From: an uncultured Alistipes sp.
GTDB lineage: Bacteria; Bacteroidota; Bacteroidia; Bacteroidales; Rikenellaceae
Length of the DNA: 64,000 nucleotides
NCBI GenBank assembly: GCA_947573795.1
Contig: CANPHE010000001.1
Location: 40,112 to 104,111 of the forward strand
Direction: 5' to 3'
The position numbers were made by a program, and so were the translations under genes. Shown here one piece after another: positions 25,701-34,549 of the stretch (its first letter is position 1; the number at the start of each line of letters is the position of its first letter). The notes under the pieces were generated by a model. That model saw only the letters and a program-made list of their open reading frames with translations, was not told where the DNA came from and searched no databases.

Positions 25701-26874
25701 CGTCTCGGACGACGGCATCGGCATGGACCGCGAGGAGGTGAACACGATTTTCGACCGTTACAAACGGCTCTCTCGCAGCGAGCGCAGCGCGACCGGAAAC
25801 GGCATCGGTCTCCACTATGTCAAGCAGTTGTTGGCCGTGCACAAGGGCTCCATCGTTGCGGAGGTCCGCGACGAGGGCGGCATGCGCTTTACCTTCGCCA
25901 TTCCGGTGGACGAGGCGCTCTACGATTCGGTCGGGGAACCGGGCGTCGCGCCGGAGTTCATCGACGGCGATGCGGCTTCCGCCGAGCCGTTTTTCCCCGA
26001 TTCGGCGGATTCGGGTATCCCCGGCATGGCTGGTGCCGAGGCGGATGGCGTGCCGGAGCCGGATTCCCCGTCTCCGCGGCCCAAACTCGTGCTGGTTGAG
26101 GACAATCTCCAGTTGCAGCACTATTGCCGGTCGCTTTTCGCCGCGCAGTACGACGTCTTCACGGCGGAAAACGGGGCCGAGGGCTTCGACCTCGTAAACG
26201 CCGAGATGCCCGACCTGGTGATTACCGACGTGATGATGGCCCGCTCGGACGGATACGAACTGTGCCGCAAGATCAAGCAGGACCCGATGCTGTGCCACAT
26301 TCCGGTGATTATCCTCACGGCGCTGGTCACCGACCGCGACAAGATGACCGGTTATTCGGAGGGTGCCGACGCCTACATGACCAAGCCGTTCAACCCGGAG
26401 CTCCTGCAAACCGTCGCGCGCAACCTGCTCACCTCGCGCCGCAAGCTGCGCGAACGGATTCTCGCCCAGCCAGGAAAGAGCGAGGATGCCAAACCCGAGG
26501 AGGAGTTGCAGCTTTCGGCGGCCGACCGGGCCTTCATCGAGAAGCTGCGCAAGCTCATCGACGACAATATCTCGGACAGTTCGCTCAATATCAATCTGCT
26601 CAGCACGGAGCTGTGCATGAGCCGCGCGAGCTTCTTCCGCAAGATCAAGTCGCTGACGGGCGTGACGCCCAACAACTTCATCCTGATCTACCGGCTGAAC
26701 CGCGCCGCGGAGATGATCCGCAGCCGCGAATACCGGTTGAACGAGATCGCCGATCTGCTCGGGTTCAGCTCCCAGTCGCACTTCTCGCGCTGTTTCAAAC
26801 AGCACTTCGGAACGGCTCCCAAGGACTATGCCTCCCGCAGCGACGCCATACCCCCCCCCATGACCCGAGAATGA
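22771..26874 (+). CDS. Hybrid two-component system sensor kinase/response regulator with AraC-type output (PUL regulator)
   Basis: 1367 aa. It has a periplasmic propeller/Y_Y_Y-like region, a TM segment (YAFLCYIVMAVTLVWF), an H-box (SNISHELRTPL), ATPase boxes (DDGIGM, GNGIGL), a REC domain (LVLVEDN...DLVITDVMM) and an AraC HTH (HFSRCFKQHFGTAPKDY). Confidence 0.95.
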   Translation: MDKRSSVSTALRLVAAAIGLCLCIEAFPAVQVLPHLPNLTIRGFAQDRAGYVWIATDNGLCRYSGQTYYYYQSDPDDAASLPSNRISDICTDADGSLWVATPAGICVYDPLFDCFERLDGTAGYRCIVGCGDRVVASGAAGMIAFDASTRRIVSRENSPQHRPGALAVDAGGNLWGGVNEAVYAYGDDLRVADTVSIEAPVAGFDCSCCDCEGRLWFGTAKGIVVLDPETKAPITDGALVECLDAVADYRITMLVPAQDGSVYVGTRGDKLHMIRVPECRFEYDVVKQFPRLNYTSDFTCGFCDIEGNVYIGTADRGYSVHYMHLKNFTHRTSLARLTLNKYINAIASGKHGTLWVGSRYKGLLEYNSREKRTMWYTIENSPFMREMGSNGVQAIQHDASDRLWVNIDGRIALCSTRKVGLTDYRILPGSYDVNRFCEDRSRRMWAATTAGLTVWNGAQPQKSCFAGCNVQDIVLMNDSTMLAAVTGKGVFAVDTRRLEPQPLFADADSLYRSALKRASCLYYDREGTIWVGTHSYGLFGYHPERGMRSYTSQDGLSSDDVASLARDADGNTWVATAYGLSVIWAGTDRIVSYFCSDGLQTQQFCPQCMLVSPSMIYFGGNLGLAQFVPQRILSKITKEPVSLVLKELRINSIVQKPQPDGTGILSDLLNDTPRIVLDHTQNNIDIGYEAVTFLSPEKIRYAYRLRGGDIDEEWNYVESRRSANYAHLSPGHYVFELMAQNPDGYWNEEPRRLEIDIEPSPWLTWYAFLCYIVMAVTLVWFANRLYLLRRLQKIDLELAHKALEHEKELSNMKIDFFSNISHELRTPLSLIYGPVNMLPGITDPERSRELVGLINYNVRQLLRLVDQMLVLSRIENGTLPLSVCRQDIVPIVRRLADNFGYLAQGKGIELHAADIPAQETVVAIDADKFRKILSNLLSNALKYTPEGGHVDVSVSLVDRLPEALGEVAASSRYLLVSVSDDGIGMDREEVNTIFDRYKRLSRSERSATGNGIGLHYVKQLLAVHKGSIVAEVRDEGGMRFTFAIPVDEALYDSVGEPGVAPEFIDGDAASAEPFFPDSADSGIPGMAGAEADGVPEPDSPSPRPKLVLVEDNLQLQHYCRSLFAAQYDVFTAENGAEGFDLVNAEMPDLVITDVMMARSDGYELCRKIKQDPMLCHIPVIILTALVTDRDKMTGYSEGADAYMTKPFNPELLQTVARNLLTSRRKLRERILAQPGKSEDAKPEEELQLSAADRAFIEKLRKLIDDNISDSSLNINLLSTELCMSRASFFRKIKSLTGVTPNNFILIYRLNRAAEMIRSREYRLNEIADLLGFSSQSHFSRCFKQHFGTAPKDYASRSDAIPPPMTRE

Positions 26875-26901
26875 GATTTTCGGACATATTTTTAAGACCA
26901 T

Positions 26902-26936
26902 GACACCAGCCCGACGGCTGGTGTCTGTCTAATTTT
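26902..26936 (+). terminator. Hairpin after the hybrid regulator gene
   Basis: The stem pairs gacaccagcc (26902-26911) with ggctggtgtc (26916-26925), followed by tgtctaatttt. Confidence 0.5.
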
Positions 26937-27080
26937 GTATCACCGGAAACCGACCGAAACATGAACCCGATGATTCGAAACCGCTATTTCGCCTCCGTGC
27001 GTATCCGCCGTGCCGTCGTACGTCGCCTCTCCGGTTATTGTCCCGCCCCTCTGGGAAAACTACAAAACACAACGATAACG

Positions 27081-28493
27081 ATGAAAAAAATTCTGACGAT
27101 CCTGGCCCTCGCTTTCGCCCTCTCCTCCGTGCAGGCCCAGGAAAAAAGTTCGATGGACAATCAGACCGTCGACGGTTACCGCGGCATCTGGTTCGCGCTC
27201 GGACAGGCCCGCTCGGGGTTCGGAGACAAGTATTCGGGCGGTCTGGGAACCTACACCATGAAACACATTCCGATGGCGGTCTATTCGCCCGAGGCGGACA
27301 AAACCTTCTTCGTCTACGGAGGCACCCCCTCGGAGGATCGCAAATACCTGCTCTGCATGGCCGGCTGCTACGACCACAAGACCGGTATGCTGCGCCGTCC
27401 GGTGGTGGTCTTCGACAAGGGTGTCGACGGCGTGATCGACCCCCACGACGACCCGACGATCCAGCTCGACAAGGAGGGCTACGTCTGGGTGTTCGTCGCC
27501 GGACGTGCGAACAAGCGTCCCGGTATCCGCTATCGGAGCAAGCAGCCCTACGACATCTCCGAATTCGAATACGTCAACGAGAGCGTGATGGCCTATCCCC
27601 AGGTGCACTACCACCCCGAGAAGGGTTTCTTCCTCTTCTTCACCCGCTACGACGGCGTGCGCCAGCTTTTCTACCGCACGAGCCCCGACGGCGTGGAGTG
27701 GTCGGACTACAAGCAGATCGCCTCGATCATCGACGAGGGCGAGCGCAAGTCGGGACACTATCAGTTCACCAACCTCTGCGGCGAGAAGCTGATGTGCTGC
27801 TTCAACCGCCATATCAACGGCAACGTCGATACGCGCACCAATATCTATTACATCCAGTCGACCGACTGGGGAAAGAGCTGGACCACGATCGACGGCACGC
27901 CCGTCGAGCTGCCGATCACCCGTTCGCAGAATAGCGCGCTCGTGCACGACTACCAGTCCGAGGGCCGCAACTGCTATATCAAGGATATCAATTTCGGCAG
28001 CGACGGCAATCCCGTGATCCTCTACCTGACGAGCGACAATCACCTGACCGGTCCCGACGGCGGTGTGCGCGCGTGGAAGACCGTGCACTGGAACGGCAAG
28101 GAGTGGGTTTACAGCGACATCACCACCTCGACGCACTGCTACGACAGCGGCAGCCTGTGGATCGACGACAAGGACGTGTGGACGGTCATCGCACCGACCG
28201 CTATCGGCCCTCAGTATTGGGGTGCGGGCGGCGAGATGGTCCTGTGGCGCAGCCGCGACAAGGGCGCGACGTGGAAGCAGGTCAAGCAGCTCACGCACGA
28301 CAGCCCCCGCAACCACGGTTATGCCCGTCGTCCGCTCCACGCCGACAAGGATTTCTACGCCTTCTGGGCCGACGGACATTCCGACAAGATGAGCATCTCG
28401 TATCTCTACTTCTGCAATTCGAAGGGCGACGTCTTCCGCATGCCCTACACCATGACCGAGGAGTGGCAGAAGCCCGAACCCGTAAAACGTTAA
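27081..28493 (+). CDS. Secreted protein, BNR_4-like (putative beta-propeller) PUL component
   Basis: Track ORF 26961..28493, trimmed to the ATG at 27081 (MKKILTILALAFALSSVQAQ signal peptide). The family call comes from remembered similarity to 'BNR repeat-containing family member' proteins and is not verified. Confidence 0.7.
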   Translation: MKKILTILALAFALSSVQAQEKSSMDNQTVDGYRGIWFALGQARSGFGDKYSGGLGTYTMKHIPMAVYSPEADKTFFVYGGTPSEDRKYLLCMAGCYDHKTGMLRRPVVVFDKGVDGVIDPHDDPTIQLDKEGYVWVFVAGRANKRPGIRYRSKQPYDISEFEYVNESVMAYPQVHYHPEKGFFLFFTRYDGVRQLFYRTSPDGVEWSDYKQIASIIDEGERKSGHYQFTNLCGEKLMCCFNRHINGNVDTRTNIYYIQSTDWGKSWTTIDGTPVELPITRSQNSALVHDYQSEGRNCYIKDINFGSDGNPVILYLTSDNHLTGPDGGVRAWKTVHWNGKEWVYSDITTSTHCYDSGSLWIDDKDVWTVIAPTAIGPQYWGAGGEMVLWRSRDKGATWKQVKQLTHDSPRNHGYARRPLHADKDFYAFWADGHSDKMSISYLYFCNSKGDVFRMPYTMTEEWQKPEPVKR

Positions 28494-28506
28494 ACGACCT
28501 ACGTAC

Positions 28507-29613
28507 ATGAAACGAACGATCTTTTCGCTGCTGGCTGCGGCCGCAGCGGCCCTTTTGCTCCCGACGGCGGCCCGCGCCGGACGGCACGACGGCGACGTCG
28601 AAATCGCCAACCGCGTCGCGCAGTGGCAAATCGATAATTTCGGGAAATATATCTCGGCCAGCTCCAAGAAGCGCAGCGATCTGCACTGGGCCAACGGCGC
28701 GCTCTATCGCGGCATGATGGTCTGGGGCGAGAAGTCGGGCTACAAACCCTGCGAAGAGTTCCTGCTCGGAATCGGCCGCCGCAACGGGTGGAAACTCGCT
28801 CCGCGGCAGTACCATGCCGACGACATTTGCGTGGGACAGGCCTACCTGATGCTCTACGCGAAATACGGCGACGAAGCGATGCTGAAGGCCGTGCGCCAGC
28901 GCGTCGATTCGATCCTGGCCGCTCCCGCGTGCACCTCGCTCAATTATCGGACGAAGGATGCCAACCGCCGCTGGTCGTGGTGCGACGCGCTGTTCATGGC
29001 GCCGCCGGTCTACGCACAACTCTCCCTCATTACGGGCAACCCCGAGTACATGCGCTTCATGCACAGCGAATTCTATGCCTCGACCTCGCAGCTCTACGAC
29101 CCCGAGGAGCGGCTCTATTACCGCGATTCGCGCTTCTTCAAGCGTCGCGAGAAGAACGGCGAGAAGGTCTTCTGGGGCCGCGGCAACGGCTGGTGCTACG
29201 CCGCGCTGGCCATCCTGCTCGACCTGGTGCCGCAGGACGATCCCATGTATGCGTACTATCGCCAGCTTTTCGTCGAGATGTCCGATTCCGTCGTCGCCTG
29301 CCAGGATCGCAAAGGTTCTTGGCACCCCAGCATGCTCGATCACGCGACCTATCCGGAGCCGGAGAACAGTTCTTCGGGATTCTTCACCTACGGCTTGGCC
29401 TGGGGACTCAACCGCGGAATCCTCAAGGGTGGCGCCTATCGCAAGGCGGCGCAGCGCGGATGGCGGGCCCTCTGCTCGTATGTTCGCGAAGACGGACGGC
29501 TGGAGTACGTGCAGCCGGTCGGTGCGGCGCCCGGTGCGTCGGCTGCCGATATGACCGAAGCCTACGGCGTCGGGGCGTTTCTGCTGGCGGCGTCCGAGAT
29601 CGTCGACTTGTAA
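28507..29613 (+). CDS. Glycoside hydrolase family 105/88-like (unsaturated rhamnogalacturonyl/glucuronyl hydrolase type)
   Basis: 368 aa. The motifs WCDALFMAPP, FWGRGNGW and ENSSSGFFTYGL are typical of YteR/GH105 (alpha/alpha)6 hydrolases. Confidence 0.8.
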   Translation: MKRTIFSLLAAAAAALLLPTAARAGRHDGDVEIANRVAQWQIDNFGKYISASSKKRSDLHWANGALYRGMMVWGEKSGYKPCEEFLLGIGRRNGWKLAPRQYHADDICVGQAYLMLYAKYGDEAMLKAVRQRVDSILAAPACTSLNYRTKDANRRWSWCDALFMAPPVYAQLSLITGNPEYMRFMHSEFYASTSQLYDPEERLYYRDSRFFKRREKNGEKVFWGRGNGWCYAALAILLDLVPQDDPMYAYYRQLFVEMSDSVVACQDRKGSWHPSMLDHATYPEPENSSSGFFTYGLAWGLNRGILKGGAYRKAAQRGWRALCSYVREDGRLEYVQPVGAAPGASAADMTEAYGVGAFLLAASEIVDL

Positions 29614-29717
29614 GAGGTCCGGCTGCGATCGTCGGGCAAAAAACGAATACGCTCGTGAAAATCGAAACGAGCGTATCGGAATAATTTTGAATTATCAACC
29701 AAAACGACCTAAATGAA

Positions 29718-31319
29718 ATGATTTTTCTCAGAAAAATGTGTATTCTGGGGCTTCTGCTCGCCGGATGGCTCGCGGTCGGTTGCTCGTCCTCCCCGGAGCG
29801 GGAATCCGAGGACAGCGTGCTGATCGAGGGGCTCGACGCCGAGACGATCGATTTCCCCAGTACGCCTCAGGAGGGCTTCTCGTTCCGGATCGCGTCGAAC
29901 AAAACGTGGTCCATCGCCAAGAGCAATCTCGAATGGCTCGCGGTATCGCCTATGAACGGCGGTTCGAAGCTCCCGGCTACGGTGACGCTGACCGCCGAAC
30001 CGAACGACGATTTGGCCCGCGAAGGGGTGCTGACCCTCTATGCCGGGGCCTATTCGCGGAGCGTGATCGTCCGTCAGGAGGCGTTTCCCATCGTTCCCGA
30101 GATCACGCTCTCGGGGCTCGACGGCAACACCGTCGAATTCGCATTCACGGCGACCGATCCCGTCGCATTTTCACTCTATTCCAACGTCGCATGGCACGCC
30201 GAGCTGCGGAACCTCGACTGGGTGAGCGTCGAGCCGCTCGCCGGGGAGCGCAAGCAGTCGGCGACCGTTACCGTGACGCCGACCCCCAACGAAGGTCCGG
30301 AGCGCGAGGGCTCGATCGTATTCTCGGGCGAAGGATTGGCCGAACCGGTGACGGTGACGGTCCGTCAGGCGGCCTATGTCGACGACCCGATCTTCAACGT
30401 CCTGGGTGCCGAGTCCGCGATCGCTTTCGCGAATGTCCCCGATGCTCCCGTCACGTTGCAGATCCAGAGCAACCGCGCCTGGACCGTCGAAAAGACGGAC
30501 CTCGACTGGCTCGACGTGACCCCCGCATCCGGAACTCCCGCGGCGCTGCCGGTCGACGTACGGCTGACGGCCGAAAACAATGCTTCGGCAGCCCGTTCGG
30601 GACGCCTGACCTTCGTTCCCGAAGACCCGGCGCTGCAACCCGTCGCGATAGAAGTTACCCAAGCGGCGGCGGGCGACGTGCTGCTGGCCTGGTGGACCCT
30701 CGCGGACGATGTGCTGAGGAGCAAGGACCAGAATTCGCCCAACTGGACCACCGACGGATATATCGCCGCCGACCGTCCCGCTGCGACGACGGCGTTCGGC
30801 CAGTGGCACAAGGGCGACAACGGGGTTTCGTATACGAGCACTTATGTGATCAGCAGCGACGGCAACGGCCATTACGCGATCAAGACGATGTGGACCGGCG
30901 ATAACCTCGAATTCTCCGTTCCGGTGAAGCATTTCGCCGCCGGAACCACCGTGCGTATCCGCTTCGCTTCGAGCGGTACGGGTACGGCTCCGAAGTATTG
31001 GTTCGTCGAGTATTACGATCAGGGTGTCTGGAAACCTACGAGCGTATACAGCTTTACCTATCCGCAGGACAAATCCTCGGTCGAGGCTACCTATGAACTG
31101 ACCGGCACCAACAAGGTGACCGATGTCGACGAGTACGCGACCTTTACCGAGGGTGTCGACGACGGTGTGATCCGTTGGCGTATCCGTTGTACGGAAGCTC
31201 CGTGCAAGGTGGACGGCAAAGCCCGTCTGACGGCTCCGGCAACTGCGGGAACCATCCGTCTGCGCCAGCAGACTTCGGGGGAACACAACGGAATAGGCTG
31301 CTATATCGCGGTTCCCTGA
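29718..31319 (+). CDS. BACON-repeat surface lipoprotein with the same C-terminal module as 17848..20298
   Basis: 533 aa with a lipoprotein signal (LAVGCSSS) and three BACON-like repeats. The C-terminal PKYWFVEYYDQGVWKP parallels PKYWVLEYEDGGVWKP in the other protein. Confidence 0.85.
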   Translation: MIFLRKMCILGLLLAGWLAVGCSSSPERESEDSVLIEGLDAETIDFPSTPQEGFSFRIASNKTWSIAKSNLEWLAVSPMNGGSKLPATVTLTAEPNDDLAREGVLTLYAGAYSRSVIVRQEAFPIVPEITLSGLDGNTVEFAFTATDPVAFSLYSNVAWHAELRNLDWVSVEPLAGERKQSATVTVTPTPNEGPEREGSIVFSGEGLAEPVTVTVRQAAYVDDPIFNVLGAESAIAFANVPDAPVTLQIQSNRAWTVEKTDLDWLDVTPASGTPAALPVDVRLTAENNASAARSGRLTFVPEDPALQPVAIEVTQAAAGDVLLAWWTLADDVLRSKDQNSPNWTTDGYIAADRPAATTAFGQWHKGDNGVSYTSTYVISSDGNGHYAIKTMWTGDNLEFSVPVKHFAAGTTVRIRFASSGTGTAPKYWFVEYYDQGVWKPTSVYSFTYPQDKSSVEATYELTGTNKVTDVDEYATFTEGVDDGVIRWRIRCTEAPCKVDGKARLTAPATAGTIRLRQQTSGEHNGIGCYIAVP

Positions 31320-31338
31320 TATTCGGAAAATTAAAAAC

Positions 31339-34300
31339 ATGCAGATTATGAAAAATACTCATCCCAAACGGTTCGCGGCAACGTGCGGCAGGCTTCGCAG
31401 CCTGACCGCAGCGCTGCTGACGCTGTTGTGCGCGTTCGCTGCGGAGCGGACGCTCGCCGCGACGACGCTCGCCGCGGAGCAGCGGCAACCCGTGCAGGCC
31501 AACGGCCGCGTCGTCGATACGGGCGGTCTTCCCGTGGCGGGTGCCGCCGTCACCGTCCAGGGCCAGACCGGAGGTACGATTACCGACGCGCAGGGCCAGT
31601 TCTCGATCCGGGCTTCGCGCGGCGACGTACTGAACGTTTCGTTCCTGGGCTACCGACCGGCACAGATCGCCGTGGTCGACGAAAAGCCGGTGACGATCCG
31701 GCTCGCCGAAGAGAGCCACGCCGTGGAGGACGTCGTGATCGTCGGATACGGCGTACAGAAGAAGGAGAGCGTCCTGGGTGCCATCACGCAGGTGAGCAAC
31801 GAGGAGCTCGTCAATTCGGGTACGACCAACATCACCAGCGCCATCACGGGTAAACTCTCGGGCGTGACCACCATTTCGACCGGCGGACAGCCGGGTAACA
31901 ACGACGCGACGATCTTCATCCGCGGCGTGTCGAGTTGGAACGGTTCGAGTCCGCTGGTGCTGGTCGACGGCGTGGAACGCAGCTTCGCGGACCTCGATCC
32001 CAACGAAGTGGCCACGATCTCGGTGCTGAAAGACGCTTCGGCGACCGCCGTTTTCGGTGCCAAGGGTGCCAACGGCGTCATCATCGTGACCTCGCGCACG
32101 GGTAGCACCGGCAAGCCGAAGATGAATCTTTCGCTCTCGTACGGTATCGATATCCCGACGAACCTGCCCGATCATATCTCCTCCGCCCGTACCGCCGAGC
32201 TGCTCAACGTGGCGCTGAGGAACGGGCAGATGTACGGCTCGATGATTCCCCGAAGCGAGATCGACGAGTTCGCGCATCCCTCCACGCGGATCAATTCGAT
32301 CCGTTACCCCGACAACGACTGGTTCGGCATCGCCCTGCGTCCCGTGGCGCAGAATATCAACGCCAACTACAACATCTCGGGCGGTTCGGACAAGGTGAAG
32401 TACTTCCTGTCGCTGGGCTATATGCACGAGGGCTCCATTTTCAAGGATTTTTCGGAGACCGACAAGGCGAATTTCCGCTACGACCGCATCAACTACCGTT
32501 CGAACCTCGATTTCAACCTTACGCGGAGCACGAAACTCGCCGTCAAGGTGGGCGGAACGCTCGGCGTGCGGCACAAACCCACCTACGTGTCGGTGTCGAA
32601 TCTGTTCGACCAGCTCTATTCCGCTTCGCCGATGATGTATCCGGCCTATTTCCCGGCCTGGGTGCTGGAGGAGATTCCCGACTGGGACTATCCCGAGGCT
32701 ACGGGCGAGCGTCTGGCGAGCCCCCGTACGGCCTATTGGAAAAATGCCTATACTTCGTTGTCGATGGGCGATTTCGAGCAGATCACCAGCAATAAGCTCT
32801 ATACCGACGTGCAGCTCGACCAGAAGCTCGATTTCATCACCAAGGGCCTCTCCGTGAAAGCCAACGTTTCGCTCAGCACCTACTACTCCCGCATTTCGCA
32901 GACGGCCGACAATTCGAAACAGGCCTTCTACATCGATTGGGACCGCTACGATTCGGGCGAGGACAACCCGTGGATCCGCGGTGCGGCCAGCGATCTGGTG
33001 TACGAACCGGACCTTTATGCCATCAAGCGCGGGTCGATGGAGAACACCTATTACGCGACCTTCTACTGGGAGGCCGCCCTGAACTACAACCGCACCTTCG
33101 GCGACCATACGGTCACGGCGCTGGCGCTTTTCAACCAGCGCGAGAACGTCAAGACCGTCGATTTCCCCTACCGTACGCAAGGCCTCGTAGGGCGTGTGAC
33201 GTACGATTACAAACACAAATACCTCTTCGAGTGCAACCTCGGATATACGGGTTCGGAGCAGTTCTCGCCCAAGAACCGCTACGGATTCTTCCCCTCGGTG
33301 GCCGTGGGATGGGTTCCCTCCCAGGAGCGGTGGTGGAAGCAGGCCATGCCGTGGTGGTCGAAACTTAAGTTCCGCTACTCGGACGGTCTGGTCGGTAGCG
33401 ACAGCGCCGATGCACGCTGGCTCTATTTCAGCAGCTTCGTCAGCGGCAGCGACGGCTACATCTACGAGGGTACGGCCGCGAACCTCGCGGCGCAGTGGGA
33501 GGAGGCCCGCAAGCGCGACCTCGGTATCGAGATGAGCTGGCTGGACAACCGCCTGTCGCTCAACGTGGACCTTTTCGATGAGAAACGAACCAAGATGCTC
33601 GTCGCGCCGAATGTCTCGATGCTCGTCGGTACGAACTACAAGGACGTCAACCGAGGCTCCATGAAGAAGCACGGCATCGATATCGAGCTGGGGTGGTCCG
33701 ACAAGAGCGCTTCGGGATTCGGATACAACCTCACGGCGATGGTTTCGCTCAACGAGAACCGCATCACCAACTACGAAGATGCGCCCTATGCTCCCGATTA
33801 CCAGAAGGTGGCGGGCAAGCCCTACAAGGGACAGACCGACGGCGTGAATGTCGTCGACGGAGGGTATTACGAGTCGATCGACGATATCCACAACTACCCG
33901 GCCTATACCACCGACTGGAATTCGGTCAACGTCGGCGCCTATAAGTTCCTCGACTATTCGGCCGACGGTAAGATCTCGGTCGAGGACCTGCACGCCATCG
34001 CCGGCAGCCAGTATCCGCCGCTTACGGCTTCGCTGCGTGCCGGATTCGAGTACAAGGGATTCGAATTCAGCATGCTGTGGTATGCCAACTGCGGCAAGTG
34101 GGTGGAATACAACAAGAGCTTCGAGATGGAGTTCAACAAGGGCGACTACCGCATCACCAAATCCCAGCTCGACTATTGGCGGCCCGACAACCGGGATGCC
34201 GGTCACGCCACGCTGGTCTACGGCGGTACGTCGGGCCACCCGATGTACATGTGGGCCGGAGGTTCCGGTACGGCGGGTGCCAAGATGATGCTCGAAGGGC

Positions 34301-34536
34301 GGACCTGGCGCAAGGCGGACTACCTCGCGCTGAAGGAGGTCTACTGCGCCTACACGTTCAATGCCAAGAAACTCAAACAGAAGGTCGGCTTCCGCAGCCT
34401 GAGCATCTACGCTTCGGCGACGAACCTGCTGACGATCTCCAACCTCATCGAGGGCGATCCGGCCAGCACCACCTTCACGTCGGGTTTCTATCCGCAGATG
34501 ACCAGTGTGAAACTGGGTCTTAAATTAGGATTCTAA
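31339..34536 (+). CDS. SusC/RagA-family TonB-dependent outer-membrane transporter (pair 1)
   Basis: 1065 aa. It has a carboxypeptidase-regulatory-like N-domain (GRVVDTGGLPVAGAAVTVQG), a VVIVGYGVQKK segment, a plug and barrel, and a C-terminal ...KLGLKLGF. Confidence 0.95.
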   Translation: MQIMKNTHPKRFAATCGRLRSLTAALLTLLCAFAAERTLAATTLAAEQRQPVQANGRVVDTGGLPVAGAAVTVQGQTGGTITDAQGQFSIRASRGDVLNVSFLGYRPAQIAVVDEKPVTIRLAEESHAVEDVVIVGYGVQKKESVLGAITQVSNEELVNSGTTNITSAITGKLSGVTTISTGGQPGNNDATIFIRGVSSWNGSSPLVLVDGVERSFADLDPNEVATISVLKDASATAVFGAKGANGVIIVTSRTGSTGKPKMNLSLSYGIDIPTNLPDHISSARTAELLNVALRNGQMYGSMIPRSEIDEFAHPSTRINSIRYPDNDWFGIALRPVAQNINANYNISGGSDKVKYFLSLGYMHEGSIFKDFSETDKANFRYDRINYRSNLDFNLTRSTKLAVKVGGTLGVRHKPTYVSVSNLFDQLYSASPMMYPAYFPAWVLEEIPDWDYPEATGERLASPRTAYWKNAYTSLSMGDFEQITSNKLYTDVQLDQKLDFITKGLSVKANVSLSTYYSRISQTADNSKQAFYIDWDRYDSGEDNPWIRGAASDLVYEPDLYAIKRGSMENTYYATFYWEAALNYNRTFGDHTVTALALFNQRENVKTVDFPYRTQGLVGRVTYDYKHKYLFECNLGYTGSEQFSPKNRYGFFPSVAVGWVPSQERWWKQAMPWWSKLKFRYSDGLVGSDSADARWLYFSSFVSGSDGYIYEGTAANLAAQWEEARKRDLGIEMSWLDNRLSLNVDLFDEKRTKMLVAPNVSMLVGTNYKDVNRGSMKKHGIDIELGWSDKSASGFGYNLTAMVSLNENRITNYEDAPYAPDYQKVAGKPYKGQTDGVNVVDGGYYESIDDIHNYPAYTTDWNSVNVGAYKFLDYSADGKISVEDLHAIAGSQYPPLTASLRAGFEYKGFEFSMLWYANCGKWVEYNKSFEMEFNKGDYRITKSQLDYWRPDNRDAGHATLVYGGTSGHPMYMWAGGSGTAGAKMMLEGRTWRKADYLALKEVYCAYTFNAKKLKQKVGFRSLSIYASATNLLTISNLIEGDPASTTFTSGFYPQMTSVKLGLKLGF

Positions 34537-34549
34537 AATTCCGGACAAC

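Noticed and set aside
22720-26901. Very long antisense ORFs. This 1393-aa ORF is one example; others are 17551..20325 (+), 31144..34239 (-), 36458..38761 (-), 39336..42209 (-), 45509..46864 (-), 47674..49941 (-), 51163..54066 (-), 16233..17846 (+), 27060..28694 (-) and 34565..36190 (-).
   Set aside because: Each lies opposite a gene with unmistakable conserved motifs (the hybrid regulator, SusC/SusD, RelA/SpoT, prfA, xseA and others). Their translations are R/G/A/D/V/H/P-rich with no recognisable domain. Long stop-free antisense frames are expected at about 60-65 % G+C.
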